A stretch of DNA of 64,000 nucleotides, taken from the NCBI GenBank assembly GCA_964016885.1, contig OZ024750.1:46686001-46750000 (forward strand). The letters run 5' to 3'. Source of the stretch: Eledone cirrhosa. Its lineage: Eukaryota. Position 1 is the first letter of the stretch; every line of letters starts with the position of its first letter. Positions 42,590 to 57,448 of the stretch are shown one piece after another. The notes below the pieces were generated by a model that was given only the letters and a program-made list of their open reading frames with translations, was not told the DNA's origin and did no database searches. Position numbers and translations under genes: made by a program.

Positions 42590-44305
42590 AAAACTGTTTA
42601 TAGTTATGTATATTTTAAACCCTAACGCGTGAAGGGCAGTAATTTATTACTACCTTATTATCAGTAAGATAAATAGCTCAATATAATAACATCAGTTTTT
42701 CTACAGAGCTGTTATATAGAATTCACAAGAATGAAAGCTATGTTCAAAGCATTTATTCACTTACAATTGTTTCATCCAAACTCAGGCTTGGAGTCTATCA
42801 ATAACTTTATACCCTAGAAATATCCCCATAAACACCTACTTTTAATATAACTACTTTCAATTACTTATAATTATATAATGATACAATACAATCTATATAA
42901 ACTTTAAATACTAGATACGGCAATGAATTGTTTATGCATTTGTAATTAAATGTATGGAGTGATAACATTGGATATATATAAGATTAATTTATTGACATAA
43001 AAGATCTGTCTAACTCATATGTAGCGTACTGCAATGAATTATGTATGAATTATATATGAATTATATATGCAAGTACAACTTGATGGATAGATTAATGACA
43101 TTGTAAATGAGGGATGTATTTGTCTACCCTAGAGATGTATGTTGTTTTGCCATGCAAACAGCCATACGCTGCTCCATAACTTGCCAAGGGTTATGTAGAC
43201 ACAATTCTAATACTTTCCCTGATATGTTCTAAGAGTAGACTGCATTTACAGTGGACTTTGCTATAAAGGTATGGCACTTTGTATGGAATATTCAATTGTA
43301 GCACTATATAATAGGGAGTAATAAACTTAATATAGATACCTTTAGTACATCATGATAGAGTAGACTGTATTTAAAATTGGAAACTACATATAAATGTATA
43401 ACCGTCTATATAAGGAACTCAATTGAGGCGCCTTATAATGTATGTTAGAACAATGAATTTAGTTATGGGATTCGGCTAGTTACCTCCCCTTACGCATTAA
43501 CTCCCCTTAATTACACACATACTTCCGGGTAATAAACCGCTGTAAATTCTCGCAGCAGAATAAACCTATTCTATAAACTTGGATTAAATAACACTGAGCC
43601 TCAATACGCTAAAACAATTTATTTTAATGCATCAAACATTCAATACAGAATCATCGTTACTTGCGTGATGGATGTAGAAACTATATTTACTTTTTCTGAA
43701 TGTGAAAATGATGGTGGATACGAAAACCATAACTTTCTTTTGCTTCTTTTTTTTTTATTTTTATTTTTATTTTTCTGCACATATACAGTTTTGTTCTATA
43801 CAAACAACCCCTTACCACTACAACCACACTATTATGGTGGCTGTAGTGGTAGGGTATAAAATACCCTACCACTACAGCCACCATAATACTCTTGCTTACC
43901 CGCTTAAAGTGCTTGCATTACGTGTAACAACCTGCCACATAATAATAGTATAAAAATGAGACACACTTGCATGCTCCACGAGTAACTAACGCATACACTA
44001 CCTACTATACCTGACTATCAAACTATCCTCTTGCATTATCTGTGTTATATGACGAATGTATTTTAATTTTTATTTTTATTTTAATTTTGATTTTGATTTT
44101 GAATTGCTGTACAAAAATAGTATAGTATAATATATGTCACTCCACTGTACATCAATATATATGTATCTGTATGTCGCTTGCGTTGGAAAGGAGGTCAATT
44201 ATGTGTACAAACATTGAAAAATGCTCCGAAGACACCAAGCATGGGTTTGGATGAAACAATTGTAACTGAATAAATGCTTTGAACATAGCTTTGATTCTTG
44301 TGAAG
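42590..44305. mobile_element. Old PLE-type insertion with inverted termini
   Basis: 42719-42796 mirrors 44229-44304 (CCGAAGA..GAAACAATTGTA). Tail 42590-42715 matches the reverse complement of 48470-48620. Confidence 0.6.
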
Positions 44306-44536
<231 letters not shown>

Positions 44537-44548
44537 ATGTATATATAT

Positions 44549-45316
44549 AACGAAGGAAATGTGGTAAGGAACCAGGTGGACCATAACGCACCAAAGTACT
44601 CAATACTTGAGGTAGTAGAGTGGGTAATAGGAGCCAGTAAGACCCCGACAGCTGAGCTCAAGCCGTTTCGACGGCTAATTCTGGACTAAATGAAAATTTA
44701 TCCTGGTATTTAAATAGCCGATCTTCTCAAGGGGTAATTCCATATATGGTCAAAGTGATTGTCAAAAATCAGTAGTAATTCTGTGGTTGCAAATTAGTAG
44801 GGGAGATGGTGGCTAAACCTGCCAGTAGGAGAAAGAGGGGAGGGGTGGAGTAGACCCAATCAAGCGTTGGTAGTGCCAGCTACAGCTGGGCATGAGGTCA
44901 AAGAAGATACAGGGGAGGGGGAGGGGGAGGGGGAGGAAGTCGGAACGGTAGGTAGAACAATATATATTTCTACCCCCCATTGTTCTACCTACCGTTCCGA
45001 CTCCCCCCTCCCTCTCCCCTGTATCTTCTTTGACCTCATGCCCAGCTGTAGCTGGCACTACCAACGCTTGATTGGGTCTACTCCACCCCTCCCCTCTTTC
45101 TCCTACTGGCAGGTTTAGCCACCATCTCCCCTACTAATTTGCAACCACAGAATTACTACTGATTTTTGACAATCACTTTGACCATATATGGAATTACCCC
45201 TTGAGAAGATCGGCTATTTAAATACCAGGATAAATTTTCATTTAGTCCAGAATTAGCCGTCGAAACGGCTTGAGCTCAGCTGTCGGGGTCTTACTGGTTC
45301 CTATTACCCACTCTAC

Positions 45317-45318
<2 letters not shown>
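44549..45318. mobile_element. Longest family A fold-back (~340-bp arms), exposing the complete ribozyme
   Basis: Arms ~44613-44961 and 44979-45318; extra tail on the left; long (TA)n on both sides. Confidence 0.9.
45196..45289 (+). ncRNA. Type-I hammerhead with U3-A8 core variant (mirror copy 44642-44735, -)
   Basis: ACCCC-TTGAGAA-GAtCGGCTA...TAGCCGTC-GAA-ACGGCT tgagctc AGCTGT-C-GGGGT. Confidence 0.72.
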
Positions 45319-45353
<35 letters not shown>

Positions 45354-45378
45354 CACAAGAATCAAAGCTATGTTCAAA

Positions 45379-45458
<80 letters not shown>

Positions 45459-45467
45459 TTATATATA

Positions 45468-45537
<70 letters not shown>

Positions 45538-45546
45538 TTATATATA

Positions 45547-45697
<151 letters not shown>

Positions 45698-45835
45698 ATT
45701 ATACATATATATATATATACTTATATGTACTTATATATACTCTATGTACTTATGCACACATATATTTGTATATATATATATTTATTAAAATAACAGAATA
45801 AAGTTTAAGCAAATCTTTGCTTGAACTTTAATCTG

Positions 45836-46010
<175 letters not shown>

Positions 46011-46062
46011 GCTTTAGATAGTGATAGAAATATATTAGTATAGAATTTTATATAAAAAGACA

Positions 46063-47223
46063 TGTAGCAAGAGTTGCCTCCCTTGTTATGACAATTACAT
46101 CACCGCTCTCTAGACAGGAAGTAGCTGGAGTTAGTTCCCGTTGGGGTGGCAGGACACTTTTTGTCACTTTCGTCCTGGGACCCTATAAAAGGGATAGCTC
46201 AGTGCGATCTCATCCTCATTTGCCCTTTCGGCTGCTGGACTTCCACCAGGGGCATTCGCCGAGGCTCAATCTCTGCCAACACTAACATGGTCTCTTGCGA
46301 GCTCACTTGAATACGGTAACAAATAACTTTACTTCATTCTTTCATCTACCCATTGACATGTCAACAATTCTATTCTACATAACTTCAACTTCTTAATTAA
46401 ACTTTATACACACAACCTAGTGTCTTGCTACATTCATACAACCCAGTATTTTGTTATAAGTGGTGAACTCGAAAAAAAAAACCCAAAACAGGTTCAGGTG
46501 TGGTGTGAGTATGGAAAAAAGAAAATTAAGTACCAGTACCCCATTTTCGTTGGAATGTGTGAACCCACATTTCGAATACGCAGCAAACTTTATTGACAAA
46601 ATAGGAAAAATAAGCAGACACAGAAACGAACACACGCAGATGTGAAATTGTCGTTCAGACAGACTCTTTTTCAGTATCAACATTTATTTTTGCATGCTTA
46701 TATTTTGCTGTTTTGCTTTTATTGCAAACATTATTTTTTTCGTAATTTTCATGCCTGGACTTTGGTGTTACATGCTCGCCATCTGACTCCATACATGGTT
46801 CATTCTATTTTTATATTTTAAAATTCTGGCGGGGGGTAATGTAGCAAGAGTTGTCTCCCTTGTTATGAGACAATCACATCACCGCTCTCTAGAGAGGAAG
46901 TAGCTGGAGTTACTTCCCGCTGGGGTGACATAACCCTTTTTGTCACTTCCGTCCTGGGACCCTATAAAAGGGATAGCTCAGTGCGATCTCACTCCCATTC
47001 GCCCTTTCGGCTGCTGGCCTTCAGCCAGACGCGTTCGCCGAGGCTCACTCTCTGGCAACACTAACATGGTCTCTGGCGAGCTCACTTCAAAACGGTAACA
47101 AATAACTTTACTTCATTCTTTCATCTACCCATTGACATGTCAACAATACTTCAACTTGTTAATTAAACTTTATAAACACAACCTAGTGTCTTGTTACATT
47201 TATACACCCAGTATTTTGTTATA
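46063..47223 (+). mobile_element. Non-autonomous two-LTR retroelement (TRIM-like, probably Gypsy-derived)
   Basis: LTRs at 46063-46458 and 46840-47223 (TGTAGCAA...TTGTTATA, internal TATAAAA). PBS-like TGGTGAACTCG at 46461, PPT ggcggggggtaa at 46828-46839, 4-bp TSD GACA. Confidence 0.88.
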
Positions 47224-47313
47224 GACATAGAGAAAATGATACAAAGGGAAAGGAAAGAGCTAGAGATGACTAATGAGAAATCGAATAAAGAGAGAGAAGT
47301 CTTTAAATATCTC

Positions 47314-47503
47314 GTGGATTGGCAGTATCTGTAGAGGGTCGGACGCCATGCTTTGACGCATAGAGTTACGGTCCTTGCCATTCTGAGTTCATATCCCGTC
47401 GAGGTTAACTTTGCCTTTCATCCTTACGGGGTCGATAAAATAAAGTACCAGTAATACACTGGGTAATTGCTGGCCTTGTGTCAAAGGTAGAAACAATTAT
47501 TAT
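47314..47503 (+). mobile_element. SINE family 1
   Basis: Consensus match. Confidence 0.88.
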
Positions 47504-47769
47504 GAAAATCTACTATTATGATCATTATTATTACATTCGTAGAAAAATATATATGATAAAGGAGATCATATTTATCCCGATATGAATAATAATTTCCAAT
47601 TAATTAATTAGCTTACCAAAGATATATCGCTTGTAGATATCAAGGAGAAAATAATATATTCATATGAATGTATTTCTTCTTTATATATATGTATGTATGT
47701 AAGTATGTATGTATGTATGTGTTTATGTATCTATGTATGCATGTATATATATATATATATGTATGCATG

Positions 47770-47864
<95 letters not shown>

Positions 47865-48385
47865 GCTCAATATCGAATCGTCGTGGATTATGTGAGGGGC
47901 ATATAATCTGAAAAATACACTCCCCAGACTATGAAAATGTCGAAGTACATGAAGTCCATATCATCCCTTCGCTGCGCATTTCCAATATTTTTAATATTTT
48001 TAATGCTTGCACTATTTTTAATGCTTATATTATTTCTCCACACACAGACTATAACAATCATATACAGAATTTGTCACCAGATCAACCAACCTAATACTCT
48101 TGTTTACCTACTTAAGTGCTTCTACTACACGTAACTCTCTGCCACACTATATAAACAAGACGCACGTGCTTGCCACACATATAACCTTTGCACTATATAA
48201 CCGCTTGTTTTCATGTTGTATTTTAACCTGTATTTTTGATTGTATCTTTTAATATGAATGTAATCTCTAAGTGTGTACTGCCACTCTAAATGCTGTAATG
48301 AATGTTGACCCACAATATTTGCATATGTATCTGTATGTCTCTTGGGTGAAAAGGAGGTCATATAAGTGTTCATTCATTAATAAAT

Positions 48386-48432
48386 TGCTCCGAAGAAACC
48401 AAACCTCGGTTTGGAGGAAACAGTTGTAAGCA
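48386..48432 (+). ncRNA. Hammerhead-like motif (CCGAAGA core) in a PLE terminus
   Basis: TGCT-CCGAAGA-aaCCAAAC ctcg GTTTGGag-GAA-ACAGTTGT-A-AGCA, followed by the tail hairpin 48479-48512. Confidence 0.6.
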
Positions 48433-48635
48433 TAAAAATGTTTTGAACAGTTCTTTGATTCTTATAATTCATATAACTGCTCTGTAAATCATCTGATGTT
48501 TTTACATTGAGCTACTTAACTTACTGGTAATAAGGTAGTAATATATTACTGCCTACCACTATTTAGGGTTTGTATAAAAATATATATAACTGCAAAAGGT
48601 TTTTGTATTTACATAACCATAAATAGTATAATTAA

Positions 48636-48714
<79 letters not shown>

Positions 48715-48945
48715 CTCACAAGTACTTCTGCACTTCTAGAATTTAATCGTGACGCCTTTCATTCTTGTCAATCTTAAGAGAACAACAGGAAAGCTGGAAT
48801 GCTAAACTGAAGGTTCATTATTATGTTCTTGCTTATTAATATATTTCAAGTATGTACAGGTGTAAAAAATGTTAAGGCAATTTGCGATGGAGAATATCAC
48901 AGGTGTTGTATTAGGATCAATATATATGTTTAACCCTAACGCATC

Positions 48946-49019
<74 letters not shown>

Positions 49020-49021
<2 letters not shown>

Positions 49022-51063
49022 CAAAAAGTTATGTAATTTGTTGATAATTCAACAAATTCATATATAAAAGATTTGAAGCACTCTACAGGTATTCTTCTGC
49101 AGTACAATATCAATAATATCAATAAATGGAAACTATCTTTATAAAACCATATATATTTTATTATATATATTTCAAGTGTACCAACATGTTGGCACCCTCT
49201 CATCAGATAAAATACAAAAGTTGTTTTACAGATAGTGACATATCTAAAAACAAGAACTTATCGTTTTAAGTTTTGTTTGAATAGTGAAAGAAATTCAAAT
49301 GTTAGGATCAATATGTTAATGCGGAGAACGTAAAGTTGAAAAAGTCATTATATTTAGACGCTAGGTAAATTTAAAAAAAAATATTAGAATAATTTTGTAA
49401 TCGAAGAAGAGAAAGAGGTTAATATCAATAGTAGGGTGGACGAAAAATTTGAGGAAAGAATATAAGAAAAGAGTATATTAGAGTTAGAAATAGACTATTA
49501 TTATTAATATATAATTGTATGGATCGTATTAGTGATGGTGTAAAGAGAGTGAAATAATTATATTTATTTATTTAATTATATAATTATATATTTTTGGGAG
49601 TATCTATAATATAATATGAGAATTATAAATGGATTAAAGTGGAAGAATATTGTAGGATTTTACGAGGATATTATCTGTTTTTTTCAGGTTGCCTATTTTA
49701 TTTTTGAGGCCTTGAAGGTGTTCCTGGCATTTATATTGGTTCCTTTTAAATTTAATATTTTGTATTATGGAAATTATTTCATTTTCAAACTCAGCTAAAA
49801 GTTTGTTGAAAGGTGGATTTTTCCCGGATTTAAATATAAGATCAAAGTAATATTTAGATTTATTGTTTTCATTTTCAGATTTCTTTTCAAATGATATTTT
49901 GAAATATATCTTTTTTGTGATGTTTTAATGATGTTTTCGATTATGCTTTTGATATCTGTAGTATTTCTTCCTAATAGACTATATACATATTGCAAATCCA
50001 TACATATAAATGTTTCTCTTAGAAAATGTGTAATATATGATACTATAAAATCATATATAAAATAATATATAATATTGTTTTACATATATCTTAATTAGAA
50101 TATTTGTTTAAAGTAAATTCTAGAATAAACGGTAAATGTAACTTAACTATTATAACTAAGAAATATTGGTGATATATTTTCCTTTGTAATGTAACACGCT
50201 TACACATTCTTTCTAAGTAACAACTAAACTTTACAGAAATATTATGATTGTTTTTATATAATCTCGTAAATGTATTCCTATATTGATGCAACTATTGAAT
50301 GTACAAAATAATCTTCAAATAATAAAATAGAACTACATCCTCTTTCTTAAAACATATATTGAAAATGTAAACAAAAAATCATCGTAATTCTTCTCATCTA
50401 TTAATAGGAACAACATATATACTCACCAAAATTATTTATATATAAATAGCCTGTTATAATATAATAAAATAACATATACTTACAGCCCTATTTCTACATA
50501 AAATACTTATAAATATTATCTCTATAATATTAAAACTCACTATTAGAATAAACACAATCGTAGTATCTCTCACTTTTTAAAATTGATATTCTACCAATAC
50601 GATCCCTACATTTATATATTAATAATGTTTCTACTTTAGGCACAAGGCCAGAAATTACCCAGTGCATCACTATTAATAATAATAGTCTATTTCTAACTCT
50701 AATATACTTTTTTCTTATATTCTTTCTCGTATTCTTTCCTTAAATTTTCTTCCACCCTAATATTGGTATTAACCTCTTTCTCTTCTTCTCTTACAAAATA
50801 ATCCTAATAATTATGTAATTTTACCTAGCGTCTAAATATAACGTTCTTTTTCAAATTTACATTATCCACATTGACATATTCATACTAAGATTTGAATTTC
50901 TTTTTCACTATTCAAACAGAACTCAACACTATAAGTTCTTGTTTTTGGATAAGTCATTATCTGTAAAACAACTTTAGTATTTTATCTGATGAGGGCGTGC
51001 CAACATTTTGGTATCTTTGAAATATATATATGAAATAAATATGGTTTTATAAAGATAGTTTCC

Positions 51064-51069
<6 letters not shown>
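49020..51069. mobile_element. Highly decayed AT-rich PLE with long inverted termini
   Basis: ~49123-49530 mirrors ~50595-51069. Hammerhead at 49156-49212 (-): TTTTAT-CTGATGA-gAGGGTGCCAACatGTTGGTACACTT-GAA-ATATATAT-A-ATAAAA. Confidence 0.7.
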
Positions 51070-51104
<35 letters not shown>

Positions 51105-51108
<4 letters not shown>

Positions 51109-51277
51109 AACAAGTAAGACCCCGACGGCTGAGCTCAAGCCGTTTCGACGGCTAATTCGAAACGGCTTGAGCTCAGCCGTCAGGGTCTTACTTGTTCCTA
51201 TTACCCACTCTACTACCCTAAGTATTGAGTACTTTGGTGCGTTATGGTCCACCTGGTTCCTTACCACATTTACTTCG

Positions 51278-51280
<3 letters not shown>
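51105..51280. mobile_element. Fold-back family A copy
   Basis: Apex ..gacggctaatt|cgaaacggc; tail on the right. Confidence 0.85.
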
Positions 51281-51316
<36 letters not shown>

Positions 51317-51755
51317 TGCTGACATCTGAAAGCTGTTGTCGAATTATGGAGTTAAAATGACAGGAATTGCCATGGTTCCTTAGCTTAAAGGTTAAAGCAT
51401 CTATGCAGTATGTATAAGATATGGAGTTCAAAACCTCTTCGCGGCCGATGGCAACTACTTTTCTGTTTTTAAGGCTATTCAATCTATTTCATAAGCTGTA
51501 TGCATAGAATTTCTGCATTTGAGCACTTTCTTTATGCTTACACACACAGTCGGATTTGCATGTTAGCAGATCAACTGATCAGCCAGATTTGCATATCAGC
51601 AGATAGGCCAGTACGAGCGATTAATGGCCGGCTTTGCCATTTTCAAATAACTGATCAGACAGTGTGCTAACATACAAATCAGGCCGAGCAGTCACTGTGT
51701 ATTTCATGAAATATCATATATTTTCACTTGCTCTGACAGTTTAGCGGTGAAGAGT

Positions 51756-51806
51756 GAACTGCACTGATGAAGGGTAATCATAATGAAAAATTGGTGTATG
51801 CAGTTC
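51756..51806 (+). ncRNA. Decayed hammerhead motif
   Basis: 8-bp stem I GAACTGCA/TGCAGTTC flanking CTGATGA...GAAA...GTA; stems II and III are eroded. Confidence 0.5.
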
Positions 51807-51951
51807 TGTTTACATGCCAACACAAAAGCAAGAATGAGAGGTTCATTTTAGTGACATGGCTTCAAAGAGTCCTGTTTGCATAATTGCAAACGAATCGAAT
51901 ATTATTATTAATATTCGAAAAACTCAGATTACACACACACACACAGACACA

Positions 51952-52095
<144 letters not shown>

Positions 52096-52659
52096 GAAAA
52101 AGAGGAAAATAATGACTTCACATGTAGTTGGTTTTCTTAATTTTTTTTTAAATTGTAAAATTTTAAAATTAAATTGTTTAGAAGACCATCTACAAGTGAA
52201 GTCATTGTTTTCCTTTCTCCATATATACGTAACTATACCAAGGATCTCACACATTTTCCAACACACACACACACATATATATGTTTCGGTATGTGCGTGT
52301 GTGCCTGTGTGACGTTTGGTTTCTAGAAAACCCGGTCTAAATAGGATTGACTGCAATCGACTGCAAACAAAATGAGAATGTGTGGTGGTTGAAATTGACC
52401 CGGATAATAGACAAGTACCGCAGCAAATATTGCCAAACTTTCTGACGTTCTAATGATCCTGTCAGTCACCGCCATGATATCGATACTTTTTCACACTAAA
52501 CAGGTTAGTTCCGCAGTAACGCGTGTGATCGACGGAGATAATTGCCAGATTAAGTGGGAAATTAGAAACATCAAAGTGCGCTTCCTACAAAACTGATCAG
52601 TTAAACCAAGTATCATACTTTCTCAATCTTGTTGATTCACACTTCTTCTTCACATAATT

Positions 52660-52990
52660 ATTCCTGGGAGGGTCACAGCGGTAGAGTGGCCAAGCACACA
52701 TTCTTGCGTCACCAGTTAGAAGAAAGTTTTTCAATTGATCCAGATATGTCCCCCAAACATGACCATGACAAGTTCGTGAATGTTATCCAAACCCATTTCT
52801 CGGGATCTAACGATTAGTCTCCTGCCATTTGGTTTTACCGGTAAAATCTGTCCCACTATCCTTTCATTTGAAACCCTGATCTCCGAACGATATGTTGATC
52901 TCTGAGGTGCGAATACTTTCGAGTAAGGTTACACCAAAGGCCCTTCTAAGGAACACCATTTCCGCCGCCAGTATTCGCGATCATAATGAA
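52660..52990 (-). mobile_element. Decayed RTE-clade LINE 3' end
   Basis: Minus-strand translation SRILAAEMVFLRRAFGVTLLESIRTSEI...SNERIVGQILPVKPNGRR matches the RTE C-terminal motif (AAEM.FLR...GVT..D..R...GRRPRGRP). Confidence 0.6.
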
Positions 52991-53506
52991 TTGGCAATTA
53001 CACGAAACTGAAGATAGAGAGTTTGGCTTCTAAACCTACATCCCCTCCTCGCACGATTGGATGCCTTCTTAATACTGAGAAAAATGGTTGGATAGCATCC
53101 ATGAGATTTGGGGGATCTAAGCGGATCTTTTGGAGGCTGTTGCTTCTGACAGTAGCCGCTAAAAGGAGTGTTTGAAGACTCTCTCCGGTATAAGTGGGCG
53201 AAGAAGAAAAAGAAAACGAAGATCTAAATAAATACATAAAACTATGAGTGCATTCCCGACGAGTAGCGTCTGGTGATGTTCTTGTTGATTTTATACGAAT
53301 CAAACAGTTCTACTCACGTGGAAGTCATTTCTATATAAAATAAAAACAGACACACAGGTACACTGACTCACACCCATATATAACAATTGACAATTATCCA
53401 TTGTTTTCTGTCAGTTACAACTGGAACAAAATCATGAAGTTGTTCATCTACCGCGTGGTGTTTTATAACGCTGTTTATTAGTAAACAAACCGAATAGTGA
53501 TAATAT

Positions 53507-53700
53507 GGTGGTAGATTGGCAGTATCGGTAGTGGGTGGGACGTCATTATTTGACGGATAGAGTTACGGCCCTTGCCATTCTGAGTTCAAATCCGGCCGTG
53601 GTTAACTTTACCTTTCATTCTGACGGGGTCGATAAAATAAAGTACCAGTAATACACTGAGATAATTGCTTGCCTTGTGCCAAAAGTAAAAACAATTATTA
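53507..53700 (+). mobile_element. SINE family 1 (diverged)
   Basis: A box, B box and core present. Confidence 0.8.
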
Positions 53701-53744
53701 TAATATTATTATTATTCCCTCACGAATACACACACCGACACACT

Positions 53745-53778
<34 letters not shown>

Positions 53779-53949
53779 ACTTTATATACGCATATGTTAC
53801 GAAGTCCCCGTATATTGTTATGTAACAAGAAAATGAAGTGGTTGCTGTAAAGTTCAGAATATTTTCGATTATTCCCTTTCCTCGATTACTGCTACAGAAG
53901 GAGGTGGCTGCATTAGTGCGAATTCTATTATCATCAACATACCCGCACA

Positions 53950-53983
53950 CACACATATACTATATATAATATACATTTTACAC

Positions 53984-54020
<37 letters not shown>

Positions 54021-54037
54021 ATATACAGTTTACACAT

Positions 54038-54068
<31 letters not shown>

Positions 54069-54083
54069 ATATACAGTTTACAC

Positions 54084-54122
<39 letters not shown>

Positions 54123-54137
54123 ATATACAGTTTACAC

Positions 54138-54176
<39 letters not shown>

Positions 54177-54230
54177 ATATACAGTTTACACATACACACA
54201 CCCACACACACACATATATATATATATATA
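53950..54230. repeat. Higher-order tandem repeat of a compound microsatellite unit (~50 bp, ~5 units)
   Basis: Anchor taatatacagtttacacatac repeated between variable CA/TA runs. Confidence 0.85.
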
Positions 54231-54863
54231 ATTTCTGGATAAGTTGGAAGCAACTCGTGTATACAGTTGACTTACATTATGTAGGAATACTTCAAAGAAA
54301 ACTAATACACTTTCATTCGGATAACGGCAATCTTTAACCATACAGAGTTCGGAACATGTAGCTTATTTTACTTGTATTTTCTGAAGTTAGACAGTGAAAC
54401 ATCCAGCGGATTCAGCCTCATTGTTTAATGTTATTCATCTTCAAGAAAATGTCGTTTTTCACTCAACTTTAAAGGTATTTCCACGATACAGGAATATCTA
54501 TGTTTTTTTGAGTTACATTTTTCATGTTGTATTCTAGTTCATGCTACTCTATCAAAATCTATTATATTTCTTAAATATATTCATTTATTATTTAAACGAC
54601 TTTCAGTTATTTGACTGTGACCATGCTATATCTCCGATTTAAAGGGACATAACTGATTATATATGATCCTGTACCAATTTTTCTAGTTTGGTATTTGACG
54701 TACTGATCTCCTTTAGCCAAACTGGTGAGTTCCAGGAGAAAATAAACGAGTAAACCTAAAGGCGGACATAGTCAGAAGCACACCTCCTCCCAGTTTCTAT
54801 CAACCAAACTCCACTCACACAACATTTGAATATACAATGTTGTATGAGAAGACACATGCCCAA

Positions 54864-54978
54864 CGTAAGGATGAAAGGCAAAGTCAACCTCGGCGGTATT
54901 GAACTCAGATTGTAAAGGGACGTAACTCTGCTGGAAATCATGGCGTCCGACCCTCTACCGATACTGCCAATCAACCGC
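54864..54978 (-). mobile_element. SINE family 1 5' half, fused to an older SINE remnant (~54590-54860)
   Basis: Consensus match up to cgtaaggatg. Confidence 0.75.
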
Positions 54979-55000
54979 CTATAATATAATAATATATGTT

Positions 55001-55344
<344 letters not shown>

Positions 55345-55496
55345 TATACTAGGTATAGGATTATCCAAGATGTAGTAATGGTTAATTACTACACTGGATA
55401 TGGTTGACGTACGGTAAGAGGTTACTCTACGAGTTATGGAAGAATTGTTCAAGAAATTTAGTTCCTGATCCTTCAGTATTCCGGAGTGTATATAAA

Positions 55497-55728
55497 GAAT
55501 GAATAATAACAGGAGACATCATAAAAAGGTAATTTATTCCGTGTGCTTACAAGTCTTTCCACGGTGGTACTGCAGCCTAGTTACGCTACGTGCAAATTCA
55601 CAAGTACTTGCAGAACTCGAATATCCAATGCTGTGACCACTGTTTCCTCAGAGCCACCGTGGAAACACTTGTAAGCACACGGAATAAATTACCTTTTTAT
55701 GATGTCTACCTGTTATTATTCATTCTTT
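55497..55728. repeat. Fold-back with a partial hammerhead (GAAACACTTGTA)
   Basis: 55495-55567 mirrors 55653-55728. Confidence 0.7.
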
Positions 55729-55942
55729 GTATATATATATATATATTGGAAAATGTGTGTAATCCTTGGTACAGTTAGGTATATTAAGACAGGGGGGAAG
55801 AAAAAATGGCTTCACTTGTTCTTTCAACACATTTATTTTCTTCACAAAATCCAAAAAGAATTTTTCTTAAAAAAAATTATTTTATAAATTAAGTTGTTGG
55901 TTGTTGGTTAGGTCTTAGGAGTTCTTGGTTAACGTAGAAGGT

Positions 55943-56032
55943 ATTGTTTCGTTTTTAGAAAGACCTTTCACGCTGAGGTGCGTTTGACAAGCGCACCTCA
56001 GCGTGAAAGGTCTTTCTAAAAACGATACAATA
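55943..56032. repeat. Short near-perfect hairpin
   Basis: tttttagaaagacctttcacgctgaggtgcg-tttgacaag-cgcacctcagcgtgaaaggtctttctaaaaa. Confidence 0.85.
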
Positions 56033-56065
56033 GTATCGGTAGAGGGTCGGACGCCATGCTTTCCA

Positions 56066-56122
<57 letters not shown>

Positions 56123-56127
<5 letters not shown>

Positions 56128-56310
56128 AAGTATGACCCTGACGGCAGAGCCCGAGCCGTTTGGACGGCTATTTCCAGAAATAGCCGTCGAAACGGCTCGA
56201 GCTCTGCTGTTGGAGTCATCATTTTTCCTGTATCACACTCTACTACCCTAATTATTGAGTACTCTGGTGCGTTATAGTCCATCCGGTTCCTTACCACAAT
56301 TCCTTTGTTA
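56123..56310. mobile_element. Fold-back family A copy (subfamily B, diverged)
   Basis: Apex gctatttc-ca-gaaatagc. Confidence 0.8.
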
Positions 56311-56611
56311 TATATATATATGTATACATATATATATAGAACAGGGTAAGGGCAATTAGGAAAACCACTGATATAGTATATAAATATTTTGAAAACAATA
56401 TAGTATGGTAATCCCAAGAGTGGTTGAGAAAGTTAGCTGGCAGAAACCAAATACACAACACATATCACACACCATGTCATTAACTAAAACTGATATTTTC
56501 TCTTTAAAGTAACACTGAGATTGGAACAAACTTACAAATGTAACTTTAACTCTGTACGCATTGATGTGCGCCTTATAAAAAAAAAATAAAATATATATAT
56601 ATATATATACT

Positions 56612-56652
<41 letters not shown>

Positions 56653-56738
56653 CTGTATGTATATTTATATATATCTATATCTATATATATATATTTATTA
56701 AAATAACAGATTAAAGCTATATATATATACACATACAT

Positions 56739-56827
<89 letters not shown>

Positions 56828-57134
56828 TACGTATATATGTGTGTGTATGTTCCTCTCTGTATATACATATATATGTGTACGTATATATTTATATACATAT
56901 TTGTATGTATGTATGTATATATATATATATAAGAAAGTATTGAAGTTTGCTTGAAGCATTGTGGAATAATAGGTAAATATCTTTAAGTCGTTTGGAAGCC
57001 TCGACAATGCAAATGTGTAAATCTCCGGGTAACAAGATCCGGTGGTGGAGAGAGAGATGTAAGTGGCTGTACGTTGAGATGCGTGGCGTGTATAAGACGT
57101 GTAGAGGAATGAAGGAAAGAGCATAAAGGATATT

Positions 57135-57168
<34 letters not shown>

Positions 57169-57334
57169 TGTATATATATATACATATATATATGTATGCA
57201 TGTATACGTGTTTGTGTGTGTAGCGTGAATAAGTAATCTAATCATAGAAAGGCGGGAATATCTAAGCCCCCCCCCCCCCCCCTAAAAAATACCAAAGCTT
57301 CCCTAGAACAAAACAATCCCCTAATCAGCGTAAC

Positions 57335-57448
57335 AATTGTTTCTACTTTAGGCACAAGGCCAACAATTACCCAGTGCATTACTGGTACTTTATTTTATCG
57401 ACCCCGTAAGGATGAAAGGCAAAGTCAACCTCGGCGGGATTTGAACTC
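57335..57448 (-). mobile_element. SINE family 1 (5' truncated)
   Basis: Consensus match. Confidence 0.88.
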
